A stretch of 64,000 nucleotides of DNA from Geosiphon pyriformis uo1. Taxonomy: Eukaryota; Fungi; Glomeromycota. Location: NCBI GenBank assembly GCA_016748015.1, contig JAAOMT010000772.1, forward strand, positions 251,541 through 315,540. Direction: 5' to 3'. Positions 1 to 12,718 of the stretch are shown in pieces. The notes under the pieces are model-generated. The model ran no database searches, had not been told where the DNA came from, and was given only the letters and a program-made list of their open reading frames with translations. Each line of letters begins with the position of its first letter. Positions within the stretch are counted from its first letter, which is position 1. The translations under genes and the position numbers were made by a program.

Positions 1-856
1 ACTTGGTGTTTAATTGATAATATTAGTAATGTCTAAAAGTGTTTCAATCTGAAGATTTTAATTGGAGTTCTTTGTATAATGAACAGAGATTTCTATGTTA
101 TTTTATCCATAGCTTCTCGGAATCACAATTCCATCAATTTTTTTCTCAGTATAGTGGTCAGCAATTCTCTGATAAGCAATCTGTAATTTTTACACATTTT
201 ACCTACTTACAGAGGTCTTTTACCAAACAATTTTTGACATCAATACTTAGTACTTAATCTTTAATTAATTAGTATACACAACAAAAATAAAGAAAAAAAT
301 AAAAGAGATAAAGAAAAATAAAGACAATAAGCCAAGACAATGTAAGTTAGTATTTCATCAATAGCTGTGATCAAAAACTATTGTTTCTGTGTGTTTTAAG
401 TATTAATTACTATCAACATTTAGAGTTGATAATGAACAACTAGATTTAAGATGCTAAATAAATATATTTATTGATATTTTGGAATGATATAGTTTCTAAC
501 TAGGGAATAATAATTAATGAATTTCTGTCTAAGAATCCTGTCTTTTCTGCTTCTAATGCTACTGCTATATATATGTATTTTTTAGTTTTACAGGATTGCT
601 TTGGATTATTTGTTCTTGCTAGCTATTACTTTGTTTTCTTACATTATAATTAATTATCTTATATTATAACATGTTATCTGATATTATTATGTATTATTCT
701 GTGTTATCTAGCATTATAACACGTTATTTCACATTATAATATGTTATTTTATATTATAATGCATTATTCAACATTATTGTGCACTATTTTGTGTCTCTTC
801 ATGTTTCATCATGTTTTTTTTTTTTTCTTTGATAGGCTTTCTTTTTTCAAGTAATA
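1..856 (-). repeat. 3' LTR of element A (family-1 LTR, cut by window start)
   Basis: Aligns with 28929-29828. The terminus gtaata at 851-856 abuts the reverse-complement PPT ttatttccttttttttt. Confidence 0.92.
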
Positions 857-872
857 TTATTTCCTTTTTTTT

Positions 873-1726
873 TAATATTGAGCTTTTGCGAAGTTGGTTA
901 TGTTTGTTAATAGAACTTTATTTGTGTAATGTTTAATAGTTATGTTAACTATGGCTTTTTGTAGATCTTTGAACTGTTGATTGGTCATTTATTCTATGTT
1001 GTTAACTGTTATCTTTTTCAAAGATCTATCCAATAGTACATTTAGACAATATTGAAAAGTGATATATAATTGACATGTTGCTTTGTAGTGTAGTGTCAGA
1101 TTGCTTCTTCTTACGAATTTTTCTACTTGTTGCATTGCTTCTTTGTTAAAAGTTTTCTGGTTGTAGTCTCTGTATGGGTTTTCTAAGTCTAGTTGTTCCC
1201 CAATTTTGTAAAACCAATATGTTAATGGGAGTTTTTCTTTCCACTCCTGGGCATTGTCTAGTGTCCACTCTTTTGTTTTGGGAAGTTTGGTTCTATAAGC
1301 TAAAGATTCTTTAATTTTTTCTAGCTCAAGGGCCAAGTATATTGTATATAATTGTTTTTGTCTTCTATCTAATTTTTCCATTCTTTTTTCTTCCTCTCCT
1401 TCTTTTTCTCTATGTTTCATCCAAAAAGTATATTTAATTCTTTTTTGTAAAATTTTCTTCTCAGGTGGAGTGTAGGGATGGGAACAGTTAGTTCTAGTTG
1501 AACTCTCACCCATCCCTCTCTTCCTCTTATTTCTATATCTTATCTCTTTTTTATTGATTATAATTTCTATTTAAGATATAGATTTTTGAATTTTGTTAAA
1601 TAATTGTTTAGATAATTTTAAAATTTTGTCTAAAAGATCCATGTTTGAAATTTCTATTGTTTCTTTCTTTGTGGTTTTAAAGCTTATATGCACATAATAT
1701 CTAGATTTTGGCATATGTGTAGCTAT
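873..1726 (-). pseudogene. Element A ORF3 (accessory ORF between integrase and PPT), decayed
   Basis: ORF track pieces 989-1513 and 1571-1849. The motif YWFYKIGEQL..ATCQLYITFQYCLNVLLD..ITVNNIE is shared with the ORF3 copies in C, G and B. Confidence 0.7.
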
Positions 1727-3087
1727 GTTTTGATGATTATAATTGGTTCTATATCTCATGGTATATTTTCTGGTCTGATTAATAAAATTTGTGCTCCTAG
1801 TTGTGGTTTCACTAATGTTGATCTTTTTGTTTGATAAATTTTTAAACAATTTCCATGTGCTGTTTTTTTCAGAATTCTGTTTTCTAATTGTAACTTGTAA
1901 GATCTATTTCCTAAAATTTCGTGTATATGAAATGGTTCATCCCATTTTGGATCAAACTTTCTATTTTACTGTTTTTTCACTTTGGTATAATATAACAGTA
2001 CTTTGTTTCCAATCTTGAATTCGATTAATTTATCTAGTAGTTGGTTATCATGTCTTTTTTTTTGTTTTTTTTGTGATTTTTGAATGTTATCAGCTGCTCT
2101 TTGCCATTTGTTTTCTAGTGTTTTTATTAAGTCATATGTTCTTCTCAGCAATATTTTTTAGAAATTGTCTTCTATTATTGGTTCTATTGGATATATATTG
2201 ATCTCTATTTCAACTGGTAATGTTGCTGTTCTATTGTATACTAATTTAAATGATGTTGCTTGTATAGTATCTTGCTTTATTGTCTGATAAGCAAATAATA
2301 CTGATGATATGAATAAATCCCATTTGTCCTGGTTTTTTTGCCTGATCTTGGCTATTACTTCACACAATGTTCTATTGAATCTTTTAACTAATCCATTGGT
2401 TTATGGGTGATATGATGATAATAATAGTCTCTTTATTCCGAATCTTTGACTCAGTTCTGTTAATATTCTATTCACAAAGTGAGTTCTTTGGTTGGATAAT
2501 AATTCTTTTGGACATCCATGTTAACAAATCAAATCTTGATAAACAAATTCAACAACAGATTCTGCATCCACTTTTTAAATTGTTTTTGCTTCTGGCCATT
2601 TAGTGAGATAATTCATGGCTACTGCAATGTATTTGTTCCTTCTGCTAGTTATTGTTAATGGTCTGACTAAGTCAATCCCAATATGCTCAAATGGTTGTCT
2701 TATTTTAATTGGTCTTAATAACTTGCTGGATCTTGTTTCTCCTCTTTTTTAACAAGCATTACAATTTTGCATGTATTGGATAATGTCTGAGTACATGGAT
2801 GGCCAATAGTATCTATTTCTGGTTTTTTTTATGGTTATTTCTTTGTGAAAATGTTCTGCTGTTGGATCAGAGTACATATTGAATAATATTGTTTCTTTCT
2901 CTAGTTTTGTGATTACTTTGGTTAGTTGATCTGAATTTTTTCTGTTTTTCCAATAAAGTATATTTTGGTAAGTGATAAAATATTTGGACTGTTGTTTAAT
3001 ATGCTTTTGTTCTTTTTGAGATAATTTTTCTTTGAACTATTGAGTATTTATAAAATGTTAAAGCTGTTGATATTTTTGTGTATTTAT
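1720..3087 (-). pseudogene. Element A integrase, decayed
   Basis: Fragments WDLFISSVLFAY and EFKIGNKVLL plus a GPY/F-like region. Homologous to the better-preserved C integrase ORF at 14780-15865. Confidence 0.88.
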
Positions 3088-3117
3088 CTTTTGTTATATT
3101 TTTGGGTTGAAGTGTCC

Positions 3118-6100
3118 TTAGATTTGTTTCATTTGTGATAAACTGTTGGCATTTCTATTTTTTTTTTCTTTTTTGTAGTGTATAGTATATTTATATGATG
3201 AAAGTTCTATTTTCTATTGAGTGTGATGATTATTTTTAAATTCTTGCTTCTGGATTGAAGTTAATCTTTTATGATCAGTGTATATGTTGAACTTTTGGCT
3301 TAAGTATTTTTTTATTTCATGACTGCCCAATAGATTGTTAAGTGTTCTAATACTGGTATTCCATAGTTCTTTTTAACTAAACTCAAACTTCGGCTGGCAT
3401 ATATTACTGGATGTTCTCTTCTATCTGGTTTTTTCTGTGATAGTACTGCTTCTAATGCTTGGTCTGATGTATTGGTGGTAATGATGAATGATTTGCTGTG
3501 ATCTGAATACATTAACATTGGAGCTTAAATAAGCTTTTTTCTTAATATGTTGAAAGCTTCTTGCTGGTTTTCTGTTCATTCATACTTGATGTTTTTTGAT
3601 TGAAGCTGGTGTAATGGCTGGACCAGTTTAAAAAAGTTTTTGATAAAGTAGTAATAGTATCTAGCAAATTCCAAGAATGCTTTTAGTTCTGTTAAGTTGG
3701 TTGGTACTGAAAAATTCTTGACTATCATGATCTTGTCTGGATTCGTTTTAATATTGTCTTTGTTTACAACATGTTCCAAAAACTTGAGTTCAGTTTTTTC
3801 AAAGAAACACTTGGTTGTATTTAATTTTAATTTGGCTCTTCTTAGTCTTTCAAACACTTGTTGAAGATAATGCAAATGATTATCAAATGTCTTAGAGAAC
3901 ATATTTGTGTTATCTAAGTAAACAACTACTGATTTCCATAGTAGTCTGGTTTAAATAATTTCCATTAGTTGTTGGAAGATGGCTGGTACATTCATCAAAC
4001 CAAATAGCATTACTTCAAATTTGAAATTTTTTTCTCGCATTGTAAAAACCATTTTCTCTTTATCTTTTAGTTTCATGGCTATTTGCCAATAACTGCTGTC
4101 TAAGTCTAAAGTTAAGAACTATTTCTTTCCTCCAAAAGCATCAAACAGTTCTTGAATCTTTGAAGTCAGGTAGCTATCTCCTTTTGTTACTCTATTCAGT
4201 TTCCTGTAATCTACACAAAAACAGATTTTTCTATTTTTTTTATGGACTAGTACTACTGGTAATGACTATAGACTTATTGATGGCTGAATTAGCCTGTTGT
4301 CAAGCATCCAATTGATTTTTTGACAAATGATTTCATGGCTGGCTAGTGGTACTCTGTATGTTTGTTGTTTTATTGGCATCACATCTCCAGTCTTAATTTA
4401 ATGCTGGATGATGTCAGTATGGCCAAATTTATTTTCATTGGCAAAGATGTCATTAAAGTTGTTGAGTAATATCTTGAGCTGTATACATTAAAGTGGGTCT
4501 AAGTTTCCCATGTTCATTTGTTTCAATTGTTCTGGTTGGAGCAGATAACATTTGTTCTATCTGTAAATTGTTTGTGATGTAATATTTACATATCTGCAAA
4601 GCTGTAGAAAATTTGGAATGGAGTTTGGTGGCTGTTCTTTAACTTCAGTGCTTAAATATCTGATGGTAGTTCCTTTTGGTATTTCTATGATATTTTCTGT
4701 TGCATTGTAGATGGAAATTTTGATATGATTCTTGTTTTTGGCTGGTATGTAGAGATTGGTAAGTCCAATTTCTCTTAATTCGTAAATAGTTGGTTTTATT
4801 TCAAAAATTTGTGCCTAATTCTTCATTTTTCTTTCTATGGTTAACATGTATTGGTTATATGGCAGAATGGAAATTGATTGATGGGTGAATATAATTTTTC
4901 TCTTGTCAATAACCTCTTCTTCTGTCATATTAACTGGTATATCTATTTTACTTATTAATTCAAATTCCTATATCTCTCTAGCTGTAATTCCTAATTCTTC
5001 TCTGTTTTTCACTGATACTAATTGAGCTACTTTAATCAGAAGTAAAAATATTGCCTGTGCTATCTTTTTTTTTGGCTCTATGATATAGGCCTTTTCTGAG
5101 TTATTTTGTAGCATAGCAATGATATTTCCTACATATCCAGTGTCAATTATTTTTTCTTTGATGCTAATTCTTTTTTTCACTAAGCTACTTCTAAATGTTA
5201 ATTGAACTATTATTGTTGTAGAAATTTCCAGTACTATTTTGAGATCAATGCAGGTGTATGAATATGATTCCAATTTGATGAGATCTTTTCCTAAATATTT
5301 CAGATCAAACTTTGTATTGGTATTATGCATGCATTCTGGCATAATACCTTCATCATTGCCACTAAACCATCTGAGTTTCTGCTTCTTGGGGAGATTAAGA
5401 AGCACAATGTACTGTTCAAAGTCTGAATCTGAGTTTAAATTGTCATTGTTATTGCTGTTGCCATTTTGAATGGAGCTGGAACTATTGTTGTCATTGTTAT
5501 CAGAGTTTGAATCAGGATTGAAAGTTGAATCTGATTCTGATGCATAGCTGCTAATTGGTTCTTTCTCTTTCAGGATTGTGTAGATCCTGCATGGTATTAG
5601 ATTGTAAATAAGATCACACTCATTACAATACTAAAAGCCACATGGGATCAAACAGTGGTTACATAATTGGGTGTTTATTTCTTTCAAGTGCTGTTCTTGT
5701 TCCTTTCAAGTAGGTGCTAAATTTTGGTAATGTTCATGGAATTCCTTTGGGCCTGTCTCAATATCTAAAAAGGCATTGAGATTGGAAATAAGAACAACTT
5801 CAACTGGTTTAGAAGAATTGTTCTTTATTTTTAAGATTTTATTGAGTAAAGCATCTTCTATCTTGGTGTTGACCATTCTCCAAATCTCACCTTTATCATG
5901 TAAGTAATTGTTCAGATGAGAGATCACTTAATGCCAGACTGCAATTATTGGGATTTCTCAACTTACCCAGTCATTAAGAAGAATTGTGTATTGACACAAT
6001 GTGTTACAGGTTCTTTTTCAACCAGAAATGTTGTTTTACATCCCTTCGTCGAGCAGTTGTTTGCCACAAGTGAAACATGGTTCATTGTTCTACTTGTTTT

Positions 6101-8946
6101 AGCATTTTGGGTAGCTATAGTGTTCATGGTAACATGGTTTGCAATAGTAATGAGTTTATGTCTAGTAGTTTTTGTTAGGCACAATCTAAGATTCCATGGA
6201 AGACAACTTTTTCTTATAGTCTTTGCATTTGAATGAGATATAGAATGGCTCTGGTCTGGTATCAGTTGAATAGAAACTTCCCCAGCCACTGGTAATTTTA
6301 TTGATAGTATCTTTTTATGGCTTATCTTCTTTTTTTTTTTTCCTTTTGTTGTCCCAAAACAATATTGGCAGTAATTTATTGTGGTTGGTGTTAGTTCACA
6401 AAACTTGGTAGGCTTTTCAGGTAGGTTTTTTCTCTTCTTCTTCAAATTCAATTAGTGGTGCAGTTGTAGTGATCTTGAAGTGTCTACAGGTAGCTGGTAC
6501 TCTAGTATGTTGCCTATTTTGGCTAAGCTGTAGCTCTTGGATGTTTCAGTTAAGCATGATATTGGTTTTAAACAGCCAGTTATTACCAACAAGAGCTTAG
6601 TACTGGATGGCTTCTATGACTAAAACCTTGATTGATACAATAATACCATTGACTTCAATAAAAAAATTGTCAATTTTGCCAATTAGAGTTTTGGTGGCTC
6701 CATCAGCAATGATAATTCTGGCACTAGCAGTGTGATTAACTTGGTAATCTAATTGGTCTATAAGTTGTTGTGTGATGATGCTGTCTGCTAAACTACTGTC
6801 TAGGATCAGCTTGATGGCCTGCCCATTGACCTTGGTGTTGATGTACATGGCAGTGATGGGTTTTGTATTAAGGGCAGCTCCACTAAAAAGAGGATTTTCA
6901 GTTGGTTCCTCGATTTCAAAGAAAAAAATGGCTGCTAACAATTCATCATTTGTGATAGTAGCTAGAGATATGTTGTTATTGATTGTTTGTTTCAGGAAGG
7001 TTTCTAAGTTATTGTTAGTCAAGGTGTCTTTTGAGATAACCAGAAAACTCAGATAGTTTTGGGAACTCTGATTTTGGTTGTACCCATTTTCTGAATTTCT
7101 GGGATGTGATCCTATGGTGTGGTTGGATAAACTGGAAATCAGTTGATGTACAACCATTGTTGATCTCCAGTTTTGCTGAATGATTCTCGGTCTTTGGTTT
7201 CTGGATAACATCTGGGTTAGAGTTTGAATTTGTTGTGGCTAATATATTACTTGTGACTGTGGCTGGTAGATAACTGGTGCTGAGGTTTGATAAACTGGAG
7301 TTTGGTAGATTGGTTGCTGTGCTATTTGAGTGTAGTGTGGTTGATAGTAATTTTGATTTAAGTAGTAGTTCAGAGTTTGAAATTTGTGATCAGAGTTTCA
7401 ATTTTGATTCTCTGATCATAGATTATTGCTATAAACTTGGCAGCTAGCTCTGATATGACCTTGTTTACCACAATTGTAGCAATTATGCATCTCTTGCTGT
7501 CATGGCTGATTGGATGATAATGATGAAAAATGTGACTGATTTCGGAAATGATTCACATTTTCTGAATTATCACATTGTTGTAAAGACTAATAAATTGCTT
7601 GATTGTCAGCTAAATATCCTTCTAATTTCTGATTAATTGAATTACTGAATTGTTTCAATTTGGAATCCAATTCAGATGATCTTTTTATTACTAGATTTAT
7701 GGCTTGGGCATAGTTGGCTTTAAGTTCAGCTGCTTCAAAATCTCTGGCATTTGTAATGGCAATTTGAAGGTCTACTGGATGCAAAAGATGTACATATTGG
7801 AGGATACTACTGCACAGATCTTTAATGAATTGGTTTAGAATTTGTGGTGCTGTGAAATAATTGATCTGTATTGCCTGAATTTGGTGCAGATTTTTGTAGA
7901 AACATCTCAAGTAAGTAGTAACTGTTTCAGTTTCTTCTTGCTTAATAATAATAAAGATGTTGACTAAGCAGTTGATACTGTTATTATTGCTGAAATATTA
8001 CAGGAATGCAAGCTTAAATACATTGAAATTCTGGAGTTTGTTACCCAGACTTTAATACCATGAGTTGGCAATATTCTGGAGAAAATATAAAATGGCTTGC
8101 ATGACTCTGGCATTATTTCATCTATTGGCCACAATGGCTTTTTCAACATTGTTTAGCCACATCTGGGTGTCATCTTCTTTGCCCATAAACTTTTCAAGTT
8201 TTGCTATTGGGACATAGGCTATTGAATCCAAGTTTGGTTGTTATTGTTATTGTTGTTGTAATGGTAACTGAATTTGAAATTGTGGCAGTGGCTGTTGTTG
8301 TGCAGCAACTAGTGGTGAGTTGATAACAATTACTGGAGGTAAGTTTTGTTGATTATTAATGTTGGAGTTTGGATCGTTCTGATTTTGTGGAGTTTAAAAA
8401 TTTGGAGTTTCAATTTCTTGAGTTTGAACATTTGTGGTTTTGATTTCAGGATTTTTGATAATTGGGTTTTGGTAATTAAATTCCTAATTGTCATTTTCCT
8501 CTTTCTCTGATTCTGTTACTTTCTAAAAACTCACAATTCCAAAATTTGGTGGAGGTGGTAGTGATCAAAATTCTGATGGTATTGGTAATTATAACTTAAA
8601 TCTCTTGAAATATTTGCCATAGGTTTTTAATAGATTAGTTTTTGATTGTTTACTTTGAAAGGGTATTTATGCCAATAGAGTTTTTATATTTGATGTGAAT
8701 ATGCCTGTTGATGAGATGTTGATAGCATTTCCAGATGTATAGTGGTATGATAGATTTATTGGTAATTCAAGTCTTGTTTTCTTTCAAGTAGATGGTTGTA
8801 TTTTTTGAGGTGTTACTGCTAGTGTTTGTAGTTTTTTTTGCCTTTGTTTGTGTAGATGATTGGATATCTTTGTTGAGTGTGAATTTTAATTTTTTTATTG
8901 ATTTCAGTAAGAATTGCTGTGAAATTATAATTCGCTGGTAGGCTGG
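3118..8946 (-). pseudogene. Element A ORF1 (Gag, aspartic protease, Cys-rich domain, dUTPase, RT, RNase H), decayed; 5' part continues at 27834-27878 and 28693-28900
   Basis: Gag QILNQFIKDL (7587-7910); protease LILDSSLA (6597-7211); dUTPase RSSL/IIDTGYVG/KIAQAI (4968-5405); RT LQQVFERLRRAKLKLN (3576-3902); RNase H YASRSL (3312-3518). Confidence 0.9.
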
Positions 8947-9716
8947 TATTACAGTTCAAGAATTTAATAAGAATTATAAATAATATAAATTAGCCAATTA
9001 TGAAATAGCACAGCAATAAGTTATAAAAAAAATGATTTACAAATAACAGCAAGCACTATTTTACAATAGCAGCAAGCACTATTTAGAAATAACGAAAATA
9101 GAGTATTACAAGACATTATTTTGTAAAACAATAATTATATATATATACAATAGTTTTTAATAATGAAGAATCAAACAAGCTTCAACTCAAAGCAACAAAT
9201 ATCTAAATAAAATTTTATTCAAAAAGAATTAATAAAAATAATGAATTGAATTAATATTACAATTATGAGATTAACAATAGAATTCACATATCTTCTCTAG
9301 TGAATGAAACTATCATTCCATCTCTGAATCTTTTGGAAGAATAATCTCTGATCAAAATTATTCACGTGGTTACTAATTAAATTGAAAAAGCTTTATTATA
9401 TACTTAAGGAAATTGTGAAAAGATTATTAACATTCCATGTTTCTAGATTAGAAAAACACATCAGGCAATTGTAAGAATAGTCTCAGAGAAGACCCCAGAC
9501 AGTGGGTAAATTTTAGATTAGCCTCTGGAAAGGAGTACACAATATACAAAGGCAATTAGAATTAAAGAGAAGACTTACATTACAACATTAAGAGAAAATC
9601 TTTAGTACATCATCATTAATATCCAACACATAAAATAGAGAAACTCATGAGAGACTGATTGCAATTAAAACGGGAGATCAACAATTAAAATATACTAAAA
9701 AAACCATCCTGTAACA
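8947..9716 (+). repeat. 5' LTR of element B
   Basis: tattaca...tgtaaca; collinear with 27009-27829 and 27879-28692. Confidence 0.93.
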
Positions 9717-9798
9717 TTTAGTGAACCCTACAAGAAAAGAAAATCAAAAAGAAAATAATAATTAGCAATAATTTATTGCTAAAAAGGAAGAAACAAAA

Positions 9799-12718
9799 GT
9801 GGTGACAAAAACCCCTATCCTTACTATTCTTGAATTCTGCCATGCTATTTACACACAAAATCAAAGTAATCTTGGATTACCAAAAAAGTGTTGTCCAGCA
9901 GAATCTGCTCTCATTTATTATATCAATGCCAGAATAAATTATCATATAGGAAAGAAAAAAGAACCACACAATGCAAAACTTGGATTGTATAGAGAATTAT
10001 CACAATATACTACAAAAAAAGTAGCAGTAATAGCTGCAACTATTGTCAAAATCCATCAAGAAATTGAGCAATATGCCAATGAAAATTTTCTAATATCTAC
10101 AGAAAACACTAGGGAACGTGCCAACAAAACCAAAAAAAATTTAGAAACTAATCAGAAAAGTAACCAGCAAAAACTAGGAACACCTGCTCAAACACCAAAG
10201 AAAACTGTCATTCAATCAATAAAAAAACAACATATTTATTCACCAGAAAATAAATCATACTATTTTTCACCAGAAAATAAGATACAAATTCCATTAGGAG
10301 CTGTATTATTATCAATATCAACTCTACAAAGGCCAAGAACTCCTAGTTATACTGATAAAATTAAACAATGTAACTAGGAAGACATACCAATTACAGGAGG
10401 ATATTCATTGCTATTCCAAAACTCTTTTTTTCAGCCAAAATTTGAAACAGAGTTTGAAAACCATGAAAAAGAGTCTGAATCAGAATTCAAAAAAGAGACC
10501 AGCAAAAAAACAATCACAAAACTGGTCACTGGAACAAGCAGCCAGTCCAGAAACCAAAAAACTTGTGATCAAGAGGAAGAACTGGATATAAGAGAAGCCA
10601 CCTTTAGAAACACTTAAGGAAATATTATCCTACCTCCTCTTAGACCAATAAGCCCACCAGCAGAAAATGGCAATGAAATAGCCACATCATACATCACAAG
10701 ACTAACAGATTTCTCAGAAGAGGAAGAAGAAATGGACGTGAATACATGGCTCAAAGAAGTGCAAAAAGCCATTTAGACAAATAACTGGAGTGACCAAAAA
10801 GCAATTCAAACATTACTTTTCTTCCTGAAAGGCACAGCCAACTTATGGTATCAAAGCCTGGAAACAAAACCCATGAGCTTCGCCAAATTTAAAAATGCAC
10901 TCTTGGAGTATTTTAGCAATCCAAATGCCATAATTCAACTACAGAATGAATTCAATACTATTAAGCAAGGTACTGGTGAAACTGTCACCCAATACCTTGC
11001 TCAATTCAATCAAATTCGTCATCAAATTGAAGCAATTGAACAAAGATACTACACTGATCCTCAGATTTTAAATCAGTTTATTAGAGGATTAAAAAGCAGC
11101 ATTTTAAGAAGAGTATATTCTGTTCACCCTAATTCCTTACCAGAAGCCATTATGCTCACCAGAGCCCTTGAATTAACTGAGAAAAAAGCTAATCATAGTC
11201 AAATGGTTAACATGATAATAGAAGAAAATAAGACAGAAACATTAGAGAAAAGAGTAACACAATTAGGGGAGGAACTCTCTAAGAAAATAGAAAGTTACTT
11301 TATCCCAGATCCAAGAAAAAATACATATCAACCACCCCAAAGATGCAGCCAGGAAGTCAGTAACAGTCAAAATAATTACTTGTTGTACCAGGAATTCAGA
11401 ACAGAAACGTGCACCTGCCATTTTTGCAAATGTGTAGAACATTTGATTAGTTAATGTTGAATGCAAATGATGCAAGAAGCATGTAAGAATAATTATTACA
11501 CACCACCCCAAATGCTCAGAAATTAATACACATCAATACCACGTCAATATCCCACTACATACCAAAATTAAGGAACTTATCAGCAATGACCAGCGATTTC
11601 AAACCCAAACTGACATCCAGAGTTTTGAAGCCAGCCAGTATTAAATCAAAACATGATTATTACTAGAACTCCTAATCGCATAGAACCTAATCAGTAAACA
11701 AATACAAACTACCCAAATTTCCAGCCAACTTATCTTAATATATCGGAAAACTTAAATCTTGAAAATATTAATGATAATATATCTAGAACCGAAAATATTA
11801 CCAATAGCCAGAACTTGATCCAAACAATACCACCAGCTGTTGTCATGGAAGATAACAGCCTCACAGCTATTTTTTCTTTTAAATTAGAGGAAAAAAAGGC
11901 TATGTTTAATAAAACAGTATTGGATGAGAAATGCCCAATTACTGCTATGTACATGGAAACAAAAGTAAACAACACATCAATCAAATTTATCTTAGACAGT
12001 GGATCTGCCAGAAACATTGTGATGCTTTAACTAGTAAACCAACTGGGTTTCAAAGTTGATCATGCTGCAACATCTCAAATTATAACAGCTGATAGAAGTA
12101 CCAAGCTGCCTTATGATGAAATTGACTTATTTTTTTTTGAAATTAATAGCATAATAATACCTATAAAAGTATTAGTAATGGATGCTACACAATATCAAGT
12201 ATTAGTAGGAAATGACTGACTAACAAAAGCCAATGCTACATTAGACTGGATCACCCAAGAGCTTTTTATTAGCTATAATGGCCACTATGCCAGAATTCCA
12301 GCCACATATGGCCACTTCCAAAAACCCAACACCAACCAAAGACCTACTTTCGAATTTGAAAAAAATCTAGCCCTACCAGTCATCGAAACTTATCAGCTCT
12401 CATAGGTTGATGACTAAAGAACAGGACTACTGGCCATACCAACTTGAAAGAGTGAAAAAAGATCCAAATGGAACCAGGCAAGTCCATGAAGAAACCACCA
12501 GCAATGCAAACCAAAACTAGAATGTTTGGTTTGCAATAAAAAACTCTCATCCATAACTGCGTGTAGTGCACCAAACAAAGACCCATAAATCCCACCCACT
12601 AATATTGTAACTGTTGTAACAAAAAAAAATACAGTTACCCAAAAAGACATGAAAAATGGGACAAAGAACCATGTCTTACTTGTGAAGAACCATTGCCAAA
12701 AGGGTGTGACTGGATCAA
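9799..12718 (+). pseudogene. Element B ORF1, part 1: N-terminal extension, Gag capsid and zinc knuckle, protease, start of the Cys-rich domain
   Basis: ORFs starting at 9799, 10408, 10873 and 11815 share one frame. Motifs: IKQGTGETVTQYLAQF, knuckle CHFCKCVEHLIS*C, protease FILDSGSA. Confidence 0.88.
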
